Assembly: GCF_009914755.1 (NCBI RefSeq)
Contig: NC_060926.1
Strand: one strand, 5' to 3'
DNA from: the human T2T-CHM13v2.0 reference genome, Homo sapiens
DNA length: 64,000 nt
In this document: positions 1 to 12,578 of the stretch, piece by piece
How the letters are laid out: each line of letters begins with the position of its first letter
Numbering within the stretch: the first letter of the stretch is position 1
Translations under genes and position numbers: made by a program
The notes under the pieces: model-generated
What the model was told of the DNA's origin: nothing
Database searches by the model: none
The model's input: only the letters and a program-made list of their open reading frames with translations

Positions 1-189
1 GTTTACTTAAACTCTAATCAGCTTTAAACTGAACAAAGCCACTTCCACGTCAACAGAAATATATTTTGGCCTATACTCAGGTTCCACACTGGATTCTATC
101 CTTACAAAAAATTTGTCATTTTTTAAATATGAACCATACTAATAAAAATAGGAGACAACCCTATGTCAAAAGAGAGTTAAAAATTATTT

Positions 190-460
190 CTACTTTTCTT
201 TCTTCCTTCCTTCTTTTTTTGCCCTCCTTCCTTCCCTTCCTCCCTCCTGATCCATCCTTCCTTCCTTCCTTTTTTCCTTCCTTCCTTCCATCCATCCTTC
301 CTTCCTTCTGTTTTTCTTCTTTCCCTCCCTTCTTCCCTCCCTCCCTCCTTCACTCCCTTCTTCCTTCCATCCTTCCTTCCTTCCCTCTTTCCCTCCTTTC
401 TTCCCTCCCTCCATCTCTCCCTCCCTTGCTTCTTTCCTTTCTTCCCTTCCTCCCTCTCTC
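190..460 (+). repeat. CT-rich low-complexity tract, (TTCC)n/(TCCC)n-like
   Basis: About 270 bp of almost pure pyrimidines in degenerate 4-mer units. It explains the S/F/L/P and R/K/E/G ORFs at 66-506 and 190-462. Confidence 0.95.
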
Positions 461-1649
461 ACTTACTGGCTTTGTTTTAGAAGATCAGATACCTCTAATT
501 TCTTAACTTCTTTAAAGTGAAGGTAGTGACATTTACAATAATAATATAAAATTAATTAAGTGAGGAAGCTCAAATTATTTTTAATGGCTTTAATTACAAG
601 GTTAAATGCCATGCTCATGAAACTCTCTAAGGAAAGACTCTATCCAAGATCATCTGGGATAGAGAAGGCAGAAATGACTCAGGTTACTCGTCAAGGAAGA
701 GTGGCATTCTTTGAATGTTTGGCAATACATTTTATAATAAGCCAATCATCCAGAAGGAAAGAAACAACCAAATAATAATTTATTTATAATTAATTTCTAA
801 TTGCAGCGTAGTGTAGAATATTTATCTTTTAACGAGAGTGGTTTTATGATGTCTTTTAAGCAGCACACTTGAGAGATTTAATCCCAACTAACTTAGCTAC
901 TTTCTGAATAGTTCAGTGTACCTAAAATTCTGGAGACTCAGATTTATTCTATTTCTACATTCTGGTGGAAGTGGCCTGGAACTGGATAACAGAACTGGCC
1001 TTACCACCTTCACTTTATACATCAATGAATTAAGTTGAATTGTTTTGTTTCCAAAGCTACTAACCTCCAGCTCTTATAATGTACTGAACTAGAGTTTATC
1101 TTTGCCTTCTCCTTTCCTCTCACCCTGCTAGGGCTCAGTCCGTAAGACTTATTTTTCCTTGCTTGGAAATAAATTCTCAATATTTTTTTCTTAATATTTT
1201 TCATTAACTCTGCCATAAGATATCAAAAATACCACAATTATGTTGGAGTGAAATACTCTTATTTCAGGAATATTGCAATAGCCTTTACTTTTGTATTTGC
1301 CTTCATGTAAAATTTATTGAAAATTACTGTTTAGAGTAATTTTCTTAAAATACTGCTTCTGCTACTGTGCACAATTCAGTACTGAGTGCAGAAAATTATC
1401 TAAATTTCTATATGGCAATTCCAGCCAATTCTCAAACTGCTTTACCCTTCCTTTACAGGTATGTTTTCTCTTGCTCACCTATTTGTTGTCTCAATTTCTA
1501 GTCAAAGCAGTTTATTTATGTCCCATTATCTATCTTCCTATTTCTTGTATCCACATCTTTGTTCATATTCTCTCTCCTATTTATTCTATAGGCAACAAAA
1601 ACTCCTTTCCCACCTCACTTTCCCTCCTTATCAAAATTGTATCAAATGT

Positions 1650-1795
1650 TAATCTTCAACTTAAAATCTTTTCCAACAGCAGAATATGCACTCTTCTCAA
1701 GTGCATATGAACACTCTTCATTACAGATTATATCTTAGACCACAAAACAATTCTGAATACATTTAAAAATATTAAAGTCATACAAAGTATCTTTT
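1650..1795 (+). mobile_element. Old L1 (L1M-type) ORF2 endonuclease-region fragment, left piece
   Basis: ccaacagcagaatatgcactcttctcaagtgca...tacaaagtatcttt resembles L1 ORF2. It resumes in register at 8325 after the inserted L1PA. Confidence 0.75.
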
Positions 1796-2025
1796 TTTCT
1801 TTCTTCTTTTTTAAATTTTTTAAATTGTATTTTAAGTTCTGAGATACATGTGTACAACGTGCAGGTTTGTTACATACTTATACACGTGCCATGGTGGTTG
1901 GCTGCACCCATCAACCCGTTATCTACATTAGTTATTTCTCCTAATGCTATCCCTCCCCTAGTCCCCCACCCCCTGACAAGCCTGGTGTGTCAGGTTGCCT
2001 CCCTGTGTCCATGTGTTCTCATAGT

Positions 2026-5000
2026 TCAACTCCCACTTATGAGTGAGAAAATGCGGTGTTTGGTTTTCTGTTCCTGTGTTAATTTGCTGAGAATGATGAT
2101 TTCCAGCTTCATCCATGTCCCTGCAAAGGACATGAACTCATCCTTTTTTATGGCTGCATAGTATTCCATGGTGTCTATGTACCATATTTTCTTTATCCAG
2201 TCTATCACTGATGGCCATTTGGGTTGGTTCCAAGTCTTTGGTATTGTAAATAGTGCTGCAATAAACATACACGTGCATGTGTCTTTATAGTAGAATGATT
2301 TATAATCCTTTGGGTATATACTCAGTAATGGGATTGCTGGGTCAAATGGTATTTCTGGTTTTAGATCCTTGAGAATCGCCACACTGTCAATTCTCACACA
2401 ACTGTAACACAGTTCTGTCACACAGTTGTGTTGATTTACACACAACTGTAAATAGGTCGAACTAATTACACCCCCACCAACAGTGTAAAAGCATTCCTAT
2501 TTCTCCACGTTCTCCAGCATCTGCTGTTTCCTGACTTTTTAATGATCGCCATTCTAACTGGTGTGAGACGGTATCTCTTTGTGGTTTTGATTTGCATTTC
2601 TCTAATGAACAGTGATGATGAGCTTTTTTTCATGTTTGTTGGCCATATAAATGTCTTTTTCTGAGAAGTGTCTATTCACATCCTTTGCCCACTTTCTGAT
2701 GAGGTTGTTTGTTTTTTTCTTGTAAATTTGTTTAGTTCTTTGTAGATTCTGGATATTAGCCCTTTGACAGACAGATAGATTGCAGAAATTTTCTCCCATT
2801 CTGTAGGTTGCCTTTTCACTCTGATGATAGTTTCTTTAAGCTCTTTAGTTTAATTAGATCCCATTTGTCTATTTTGGCTTCTGTTGCCATTGCTTTTGGT
2901 GTTTTAGTCATGAAGTCTTTGCCAGTGCCTGTGTCCTGAATGGTACTGCCTACATTTTCCTCTAGGGTTTTCATGGTTTTTAGGTCTTACATTTAAGTTT
3001 TTAATACATCTTGTTAATTTTCCTATAAGGTGTAAGGAAGGGGCCCAATTTCAGTTTTCTGCATATGGCTAGCCAGTTTTCCCAACCCGTTTATTAAGTA
3101 GGGAATCTTTTCCTCATTGCTTTTGTCAGGTTTGTCAAAGATCAGATGGTTGCAGTTGTGCTGCATTTTTTTTCTGAGACCTCTGTTCTGTTCCATTGGT
3201 CTATATATCCGTTTTGGTACCAGTACCATGCTGTTTTGGTTACTGTAGCCTTGTAGTATGGTTTGAAGTCAGGAAGCATGATGCCTCCAGCTTTTTTTTT
3301 TTTTTTTTTTTTTTTTTTGCTTATGGATGTCTTTGTTATATGAGCTCTTTGTTGTTGTTGTTTTTCCATATGAAATTTAAATTAGTTTTTCTACTTCTGT
3401 GAAGAAAGTCAATAGTAGCTTGATGGGGATAGCATTGAATCTATAAATTACTTTGGGCCATATGGTCATTTTCACGATATTGATTCTTCCTATCCACAAG
3501 CATGGAATGTTTTCCCATTTGTTTGTACCCTCTTTTATTTCCTTGAGCAGTGGTTTGTAGGTCTCCTTGAAGAGGTCCTTCACATCCCTTGTAAGTTGTA
3601 TTCCCAGGTATTTTATTCTCGTTGTAGCAGTTATGAATGGGAGTTCACTCATGTTTTGACTCTCTGTTTTTCTATTATTGGTGTATAGGGATGTTTGTGA
3701 TTTTTGCACATTGATTTTGTATCCTAAAACTTTGCTGAAGTTGCTTCTCAGCTTAAGGAGATTTGGACTGAGATGATGGGGTTTTCTAAATATACAATTA
3801 GGTCATCTGCAAGCAGAGACAATTTGACTTCCTCTCTTCTTACGTGAATACCCTTTATTGCTTTCTCTTGCCTGATTGCCATGGCCACAACTTCCAATAC
3901 TGTATGTTAAATAGGATAGGTGAGTTAGGGCATCCTTGTCTTGTGCCGGTTGTCAAAGGGAATGCTTCCAGCTTTTGCCAATTCAGTGTGATATTGGCTG
4001 TGGGTTTGTCATAAATAGCTCTTATTATTTTGAGATATGTTTCCTCAATACCTAGTTTATTGATGGATTTTAGCATGAAGGGGTGTTGAATTTTTGGAAG
4101 GCCTTTTCCGCCTCTATTGAAATAATCATGTGGTTTTTATCATTGGTTCTGTTTATGTAATGGATTACATTTATTGATTTGTATATGCTAAACCAGCCTT
4201 GCATTCCAGGGATGAAGCCAACTTGATCACGGTGGATAAGGTTTTGATGTGCTGTGGGATTCATGTTGCCAGTATTTTATTGAGGATTTTTGCGTTGAGG
4301 TTCATCAGGGATATTTGCCTAAAGTTTTCTTTTTTTGCTGTGTCACTGCCAGGTTTTAGTAGCAGGATGATGCTGGCCTCATAAAATGAGTTAGGGAGGA
4401 TTCCCTCTTTTTCTATTCTTTGGAATAGTTTCAGAAGGAACGGTACTAGCTCCTCTTTGTACCTCTGGTAGAATTTGGCTGTGAATCCATCTGGTCCTGG
4501 GTTTTTTTTAGTTGGTAGGCTATTAATCGTTGCTTCAATTTCAGAACTTGTTATTGGTCTATTCATGGATTCGACTTCTTTCTGATTTAGTCTTGGGAGG
4601 GTGTAAGTGTCCAGGAATTCATCCATTTCTTCTAGATTTTCTAGTCTATTTGCGTAGAGGTGTTTATAGTATTCTCTGATGGTAGTTTGTATTTCTGTGG
4701 GATCAGTGGTGATATTCCCTTTATCATGTTTTATTGTGTCTATTGGATTCTTCTCTTTTCTTCTTTATTAGTCTGGCTAGCAGTTTATCTATATTGTTAA
4801 TCTTTTCAAAAAACCAGCTCCTGGATTCATTAATTTTTTGAAGGGTTTTTTTGTGTCTTCAGTTGTGCTCTGATCTTGGTTATTCCTTGTCTTCTGCTAG
4901 CTTTTGAAAGTTTGCTCTAGCTTCTCTAGTTTTTTTTTAATTGTGATGTTAAGGTGTTGATGTTAGATCTTTTGTGCTTTCTCCTGTGGGGATTTTAGTG

Positions 5001-5892
5001 CTATAAATTTCCCTCTAAACACTGCTTTAGCTGTGTTCCAGAGATGCTGGTATGTTGTGTCTTTGTTCTCACTGGTTTCAAAGAACATCTTTATTTCTGC
5101 CTTCATTTTGCTATTTTCCCAGTAGCCATTCAGGAGCAGGTTGTTCATTTTCCATGTAGTTGTGTGATTTTGAGTGAGTTTCTTAATACTGAGTTCTAAC
5201 GTGATTGCACTGTGGTCTGAGAGACTGCTATGATTTCCGTTCTTTTGCATTTGCTGAGGAGTGTTTTACTTCCAATTATGTGGTCAATTTTAGAATAAGT
5301 GCAATGTGTGGCTGAGAAGAATGTACATTCTGTTGATTGGGGTGGAAAGTTCTGTAGATGTCTATTAGGTTTGCTTGGTCCAGAGCTAAGTTCAAGTCCT
5401 GAATATCCTTGTTAATTTTTTGTCCCATTGATCTAATATTGACAGTGCAGTGTTAAAGTTTTCCACTATTATTGTGTGGGAATCTAAGTCTCTTTGTAGG
5501 TCTCTGAGAACTTGCTTTATGAATCTGGGTGCTCCCGTATTGGGTGCATATATATTTAGGATAGTTAACATTTCTTGTCATGTTGATCTGTTTACCATTA
5601 TGTAATGCCTTTCTTTTTTGATCTTCATTGGTTTAAAGTCTGTTTTATCAGAGACTAGGATTGCAGCCTCTGCTTTTTGTTTTGTTTTGTTTTCCATTGC
5701 TTGGTAAATATTCCTCCATCCCTTTATTTTGAGCCTATGTGTGTCTATGCACGTGAGATGGGTCTCCTGAATACAGCACACCGATGGGTCATGAGTCTCT
5801 ATCCAATTGGCCAGTCTCTGTCTTTTAACTGGGGCATTTAGCCCGTTTACATTTAAGGTTAATATTCTTATGTGTGAATCTGATCCTGTCAT
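2026..5892 (-). pseudogene. L1 ORF2 (APE endonuclease / reverse transcriptase), broken by frameshifts and stops
   Basis: ORF pieces MTGSDSHIRILTLNVNGLNAP (ATG at 5892), [42 protein letters not shown] and HRIFSLISGS*, in colinear order. Confidence 0.93.
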
Positions 5893-5954
5893 TATGATGC
5901 TAGCTGGTATTTTGGCCGTTAGTTGATGCAGTTTCTTCATACTGTCAATGGTCT

Positions 5955-6995
5955 TTACAATTTGGTATATTTTTGCAGTGTCTGGTACCAGTTTTTCCTT
6001 TCCATATTTAGTGCTTCTTTCAACAGCCCTTGTAAGGCAGGCCTGATGGTGACAAAATCTCTCAGCATTTGCTTGTCTGTAAAGGATTTTATTTCTCCTT
6101 TGCTTATAAAGCTTACTTTGGCTGGATATGAAATTCTGGTTTGAAAGTTCTTTTTTTTAAGAATGTTGAATATTGGCCTCCACTCTCTTCTGTCTTGTAG
6201 TGTTTCTGCAGAGAGATCTTTTGTTAGTCTGATTGGCTTCCCTTTGTGGGTAATCTGACCTTTCTCTCTGGCTCCCCTTAACATTTTTTCCTTCATTTCA
6301 ACCTTGGTGAATCTGATGATTATGTGTCTTGGGGTTGTTCTTCTTGAGGAGTGTATTTGGGTATTCTCTGTATTTCCTGAATTTGAGTGTTTTCCTGTCT
6401 TGTTAGGTTGGATAAGTTCTTCTGGATAATATTCTGAAAAGTGTTTTCCAACTTGGTTCCATTCTCCCCGTCATTTTCAGGTACACCAATCAAACGTAGG
6501 TTTGGTCTTTTCACATAGTCCCAAATTTCTTGGAGGCTTCGTTCATTCCTTTTCATTCTTTTTTCTCTAATCTTGTCTTCATGCTTTATTTCATCAAGTT
6601 GATCTTCAATCTCTGATATCCTTTCTTCTGCTTGATCAATTCAGCTGTTGATACTTGTGTATGCTTCACAAAATTCTCGTGCTGTGTTTTTCAGCTCCAT
6701 CAGGTCATTTATGTTCTTCTCTAAGCTGGTGATTCTAGTCAGCAATTTGTCACTAACTATTCTAGTTAGCAATTTTTTCATGGTTCTTAGCTTCCTTACA
6801 TTGGGTTATAACATGCTCCCTTAGCTTGGAGGAGTTTATTATTACCCACCTTCTGAAGCCTATTTCTGTCAATTTGTCAAACTCATTCTCCCTCTAGTTT
6901 TGTTTCCTTGCAGGCAAGGAGTTGTGATCCTTTGGAGGAGAAGAGGCATTCTGGTTTTTGGAATTTTCAGGCTTTTTGTGCTGGTTTTTCCTCAT
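5955..6995 (-). pseudogene. L1 ORF1 (RNA-binding protein), frameshifted
   Basis: ATG at 6995 (MRKNQHKKPENSKNQ...). Pieces SLQEIWDYVKRPNLRLIGVPE and KGKPIRLTKDLSAETLQ...RISYPAK. Confidence 0.9.
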
Positions 6996-8324
6996 CTTCG
7001 TGGATTTATCTACCTTTGTTCATTGATGTTGGTGACTTTTGGATGTGGTTTATGTGTGAACGCCCTTTTTTTGTTGATGATGATGCTATTCCTTTCTGTT
7101 TGTTAGTTTTCCTTCTAACAGTCAGGCCTCTCTGCTGCAGGTCTGCTGGAATTTGCTGGAGGTCCACTCCAGGCCCTGTTTGCCTGTGTATCACCAGTTG
7201 AGATTGCAGAACAAGAAATATTGCTGCTTGTTCCTTCCTCTGGAAGCTTGATCCCGGAGGAGTACCTGCCAGATGCTAGTCAGAGCTCTCCTGTATGAGG
7301 TGTCTGTCGACCCCTGCTGGGAGGTGTCTCTTAGTCAAGAGGCACGGGGGTCAGGGACCCATCTGAGGAGGCAGTCTGTCCGTTAGCAGAGCTCGAGTGT
7401 GGTGCTGGGAGATCTGCTCTCTTCAGAGCCGGCAGGCAGGAATGTTTAAGTCTGCTGAAGCTGCACCCACCACCGTCCCTTCTGCCAAGTGCTCTGTCCC
7501 AGGGAGATGGAAGTTTGATCTATAAGCCCCTGACTGAGGCCGCTGCCTTTCTTTCAGAGATTCCCTGCCCAGAGAGGAGGAATCTAGAGAGGCAGTCTGG
7601 CTACAGTGCATTTGCCAAGCTGTGGTGGGCTCCACCCAGTTTGAAATTCTGGTGGCTTTGTTTACACTGTGAGGGGAAAACCACCTACTCAAGCCTCAGT
7701 AATGGTGGACCCCCCTCCTCCCACTAAGCTAGAGCATTGCAGGTCGACTTCAGACTGATGTGCTGGCAGCGAGAATGTCAAGCCAATGGATCTTAGTTTG
7801 AAGGGCTCTGTGGGGGTGGGATCTGCTGAGCTAGACCACTTGGCTCCCTGGTTTCAGACCCTTTTCCAAGGGAATGAAAGGTTCTGTCTCATTGGTGTTC
7901 CAGGCACCACTGGGGTATTAAAAAAAATTCCTGCAGCTAGCTCAGTGTCTGTCCAAACAGCTGCCCAGTTTTGTGCTTGAAACCCAGGGCCCTGGTGGTA
8001 TAGGCACCCAAGGGAATCTCCTGGTCTGTGGTTTGTGGAGACCATGGGAAAAGTGTAGTATCTGGCCTGGAATGGCAAAGTCCCTTACGGCTTCCCTTGG
8101 TTAGGGGATGGAGTTCCCCAACCCCTTGCACTTCCAGGGTGAGGCAATGCCCCACCCTGCTTTGGCTCATCCTCCGTGGGCTGCACCCACTGTCTAACCA
8201 GTCCTAATGAGATGAGCAGGGTACCTAAGTTGGGAATGCAGAAATCACCCACCTTCTGTGTTGATCTTGCCGGGAGCTGTAGACTGGAGCTGCTCCTATT
8301 CAGCCATCTTGACCAGGAATCCTC
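6996..8324 (-). promoter_or_regulatory. L1 5'UTR internal promoter region with 5' YY1-type motif
   Basis: GC-richer 5'UTR. CAAGATGGC (rc gccatcttg, 8303-8311) sits at the canonical L1 YY1 position. CpGs are mostly decayed. Confidence 0.7.
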
Positions 8325-9540
8325 ACAAAGTATCTTTTATGAGCACAATGAAATGAATCTACAAATTGATATCGGAAAGAAAACCAGAAAATTCACAAAC
8401 ACGTAAATTAAACAACAAACTCTTAAACAAACAAAAAAAAGGGTCAAAGAGGTAATCACATATTAAATAAGTCAATTTTTCAAAATGAATAAAAATGATA
8501 ACACAACATACCACAATTTAGGGAATGCAGCTAAGAAAGTGCAAGGAATAAAATTTATAGCTATAAATCCCTACATCGAAAAAGAAATCAGATCTAAAAG
8601 CAATAGCCTAGCTCTACATTCTGAGGAATTAGAAAAGAGGCATAAACAAGCCAAAAGATAGATAGCAGAAGAAAGGAAATAATAAAGAATACAACAAAGA
8701 TAAATTAAGTAGAATATAGAAAAATAATAGGGAGAATCAACAAAACCAAAATTTGATTATTTTAAAAGATTAATAAAATTAAGAAACCTTTAGCTAGGGT
8801 AATAAAGAACAAAGAGAGAAGACACAAATAAACCAGAAATGAAAGTGGAAATATTATTGACCTTAAAGTAATAAAAATTATTACACTACTATAAAAGTTG
8901 TATGCTAACAAATTATATAACCAAAATGAAATGGGCACCTTTCTAGACATATAAATTACTTAATTTCGCTCAAGAGGAATTAGAAAATCACAACAGATCT
9001 ATAATAAGCAAGTAGATTGAATCAGTAATTAAAAACGTCTCAACAACAAAAAAATTCAGATAGCTTCACGGGTACATTTTATCAACCATTCCAAACATTT
9101 AATAAAAAATGAACACCAATCCTTCTGAAAAGCTTAAAATTACAGAAGAGGAAGGAACATTTTCCAACTCATACTATTAGCCTAACATTAGCCTGATATT
9201 AAAGCCAGATAAGACATCACAAGAAAATTGCCGGACAACATTCTTTATGAATGTAGATACAAAAGCCTTCAATGAAATACTGTCAACCTGGACCCAATAG
9301 TGTAGTAAAAGGATTATACACCATGACCTAGTGGGATTTATTCCAAGATTCAAGGGTTAGTCAATATAAGAACATCAATGTAATAACTCTACATTAATAG
9401 AATGAAGGAAAACATAAATGAACAAAATATGATCATCTCAATTGACAATAGGCATCTGCCAGAATTCAACACCTTTCCATGATAAAAACATCCAGAAAAC
9501 TAGAAATAGAAGGGAACTTCCTTTATATGTTAAAGGACAT
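8325..9540 (+). mobile_element. Old L1 (L1M-type) ORF2 fragment, right piece
   Basis: A-rich L1 ORF2-like sequence (cacaacataccacaatttagggaatgcagc; gtgggatttattccaag), colinear with 1650-1795. Confidence 0.85.
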
Positions 9541-9689
9541 TTTTTTCTTTCATCTTTTTGTTTCTGGAAACTGGGCTTTGTCACTCTCTCTCTCTCTTTT
9601 TTGAGTTCAGCTATATATTTATTTATTCTTGTTATATTAAACTTCAATCAATTTAAAAGTATACAGTAATTGTTACTGAATATAGACAA

Positions 9690-10470
9690 AGGATATTGGT
9701 GTCAATCAATGAATTATAAATGGTGAAGGAAGAAATCTCTGATGCAGAAATATTTTAAATTAATTATGTACATACCATAGCCTAGAAGATAGGAAGCATA
9801 ACTCCTCGTCTTTTAGGTGTGGCCTGTGCATTTCAGAGTACAGTATAGAAAAGAAATAAAAGAGTAACTTTATAGTAGAGAAATCTGGCAAATACTAGTT
9901 CAGCCAGGTGATCCAGGTCAACATCTATACTCATAAACCATATTGATAGTATGTACCCTTGATATTATAGGATGTAAATAGCACTTTATCTCTGTAGTCT
10001 TACTTCTAAAACACATAACTCCAGTGTAATCCTGAGAAAAATGTCAGACAAACTGTATTAGCAGGATATCTACAGTATACCTTACAAGTACTCTTCAAAA
10101 CTGTGAGAGCCATCAATAACAAAGTATGAGAAGCTGTCACAGTGCTGAGGAGCCTAAGGCGACATGATTACCAAGTGCAATGTGATATCCTGGATGGGAT
10201 CCTGGAAGAGAAAAAGGAAATTAGGTAAAAACTAAAGAAATCTGAATAAACTATACACTTTAATTAATTATAATATATAAATATCAGTCTGTTGATGTTT
10301 ACAAATGTACCACTCATGTATAAATATCAGTCTGTTAATGTTTACAAATCTACCACTCAAGTGTCTAATTTTAATAATAGGAAAAATAATGTATGAGGGG
10401 CACAGTGGAAATCTGCAGTTCTGCACAATTTCTCTGGGAATCTAAAACTTGAAAAAAATAGTCTATTAAT
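9690..10470 (+). mobile_element. L1MC/L1MD-like 3' end
   Basis: cagccaggtgatccaggtcaacatc...tcctggatgggatcctggaag...tctaaaact matches the old L1 3'UTR consensus as recalled. Confidence 0.75.
10276..10359 (+). repeat. 43-bp tandem duplication (2 copies)
   Basis: tataaatatcagtctgtt(g/a)atgtttacaaat(g/c)taccactca starts at 10276 and at 10319. Confidence 0.9.
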
Positions 10471-11327
10471 AATACCAACACAGAAGCAAGTTGAGGCATT
10501 TGTTTTTGGAATTCAGGGTTAAAGACAGTTGCTTCAGGGAGAGGTGCAAGTCACTATCTGACACTGGCACTGGAAATTTTTCTTTTCTTCTCAGTTACTG
10601 GTCATTCTTGGAAAGTCAGGTGATACCCCTCAAGTAAATTTTCCCCAAAATGGAGCTAAAAATATACCCTGAGGGCAGACATAAATAAAAGGGCCAAAAG
10701 AAGGAGAGAAATACAAAAGTCAATGTTAGTCTCTTTCCTCACGTCTCCACCTTTTCTTCTGTGTTCTCAATATATTGATTTTCTGAAGGCATCCTTCACC
10801 ATTGCCATCTGTGAGTGATATTACCACTGCTGGTCATGACCTTCCACAATGAGGATATTTGAACTAGATAGCTGGCAGGGTGCAGTGCCTTGAGAGGCCA
10901 GTGAGGACAGAGATTTTTGCTGACTCTGAACTCAATCTTCCTCACTGAAGTGAAAGTTTAAATTAGATTTTCAAATAGGGTATATGCAATTGTCTATTTC
11001 CTCATAATTTTTCCCTTGATGTGATGATTGCTTTCCAACAGGACAAAGCATTGTGACACGTAATATTAACCTAAGTGATATCTTTCCAGGCTTACAAGTG
11101 TGCTTGTTTTACTTTGTTATTTCCTGAAGACTTCCTTTACACTTCTCTTGATTTCTGCCATTTTTATAATAATGTATGGTAAGAACAACATTGTGGGTAC
11201 TAATTATATATTCTTTCAAACAAAGAATGCTATTATGTTTGCTTTCTTCTGAGGTAGCTTATGCATACATTTTTGTTGCCCTTTTAGCTTTGAGATCATA
11301 TTAAGTTGAAATTTTAAAAGTGACTAT

Positions 11328-11631
<304 letters not shown>

Positions 11632-11759
11632 TGACTATTAGAACCCATTCTTGAATTTGGCTAATTGATTAGAGAGAGACAAAAATGTTATAAGCAATTT
11701 CTCATTATTTTCTCTTATTTGCCTTGACTTTGATTGTGGCTGCCACTGTTCTTCTTAAT

Positions 11760-12578
<819 letters not shown>

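Larger units (their letters stand above)
1796..8324 (-). mobile_element. Full-length LINE-1, L1PA7-like (~6.5 kb), inactive
   Basis: Poly(T) tail near 1796-1830, 3'UTR, ORF2, ORF1 and 5'UTR ending in rc of ...CAAGATGGCTGAATAGGAGCAGCTCC. 14-bp TSD acaaagtatctttt at 1782-1795 and 8325-8338. Confidence 0.95.

Noticed and set aside
66-506. 146-aa and 90-aa ORFs
   Set aside because: They are translations of the CT-rich low-complexity tract, with no domain or exon structure.
3292-3318. Poly(T) run inside L1 ORF2 as a separate retro-insertion
   Set aside because: It sits where L1 already has a T-rich stretch and has no TSD. Simple homopolymer expansion explains it.
1796-8324. Active retrotransposon or novel reverse-transcriptase system
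   Set aside because: It is an ordinary L1, and both ORFs are fragmented by many frameshifts and stops.
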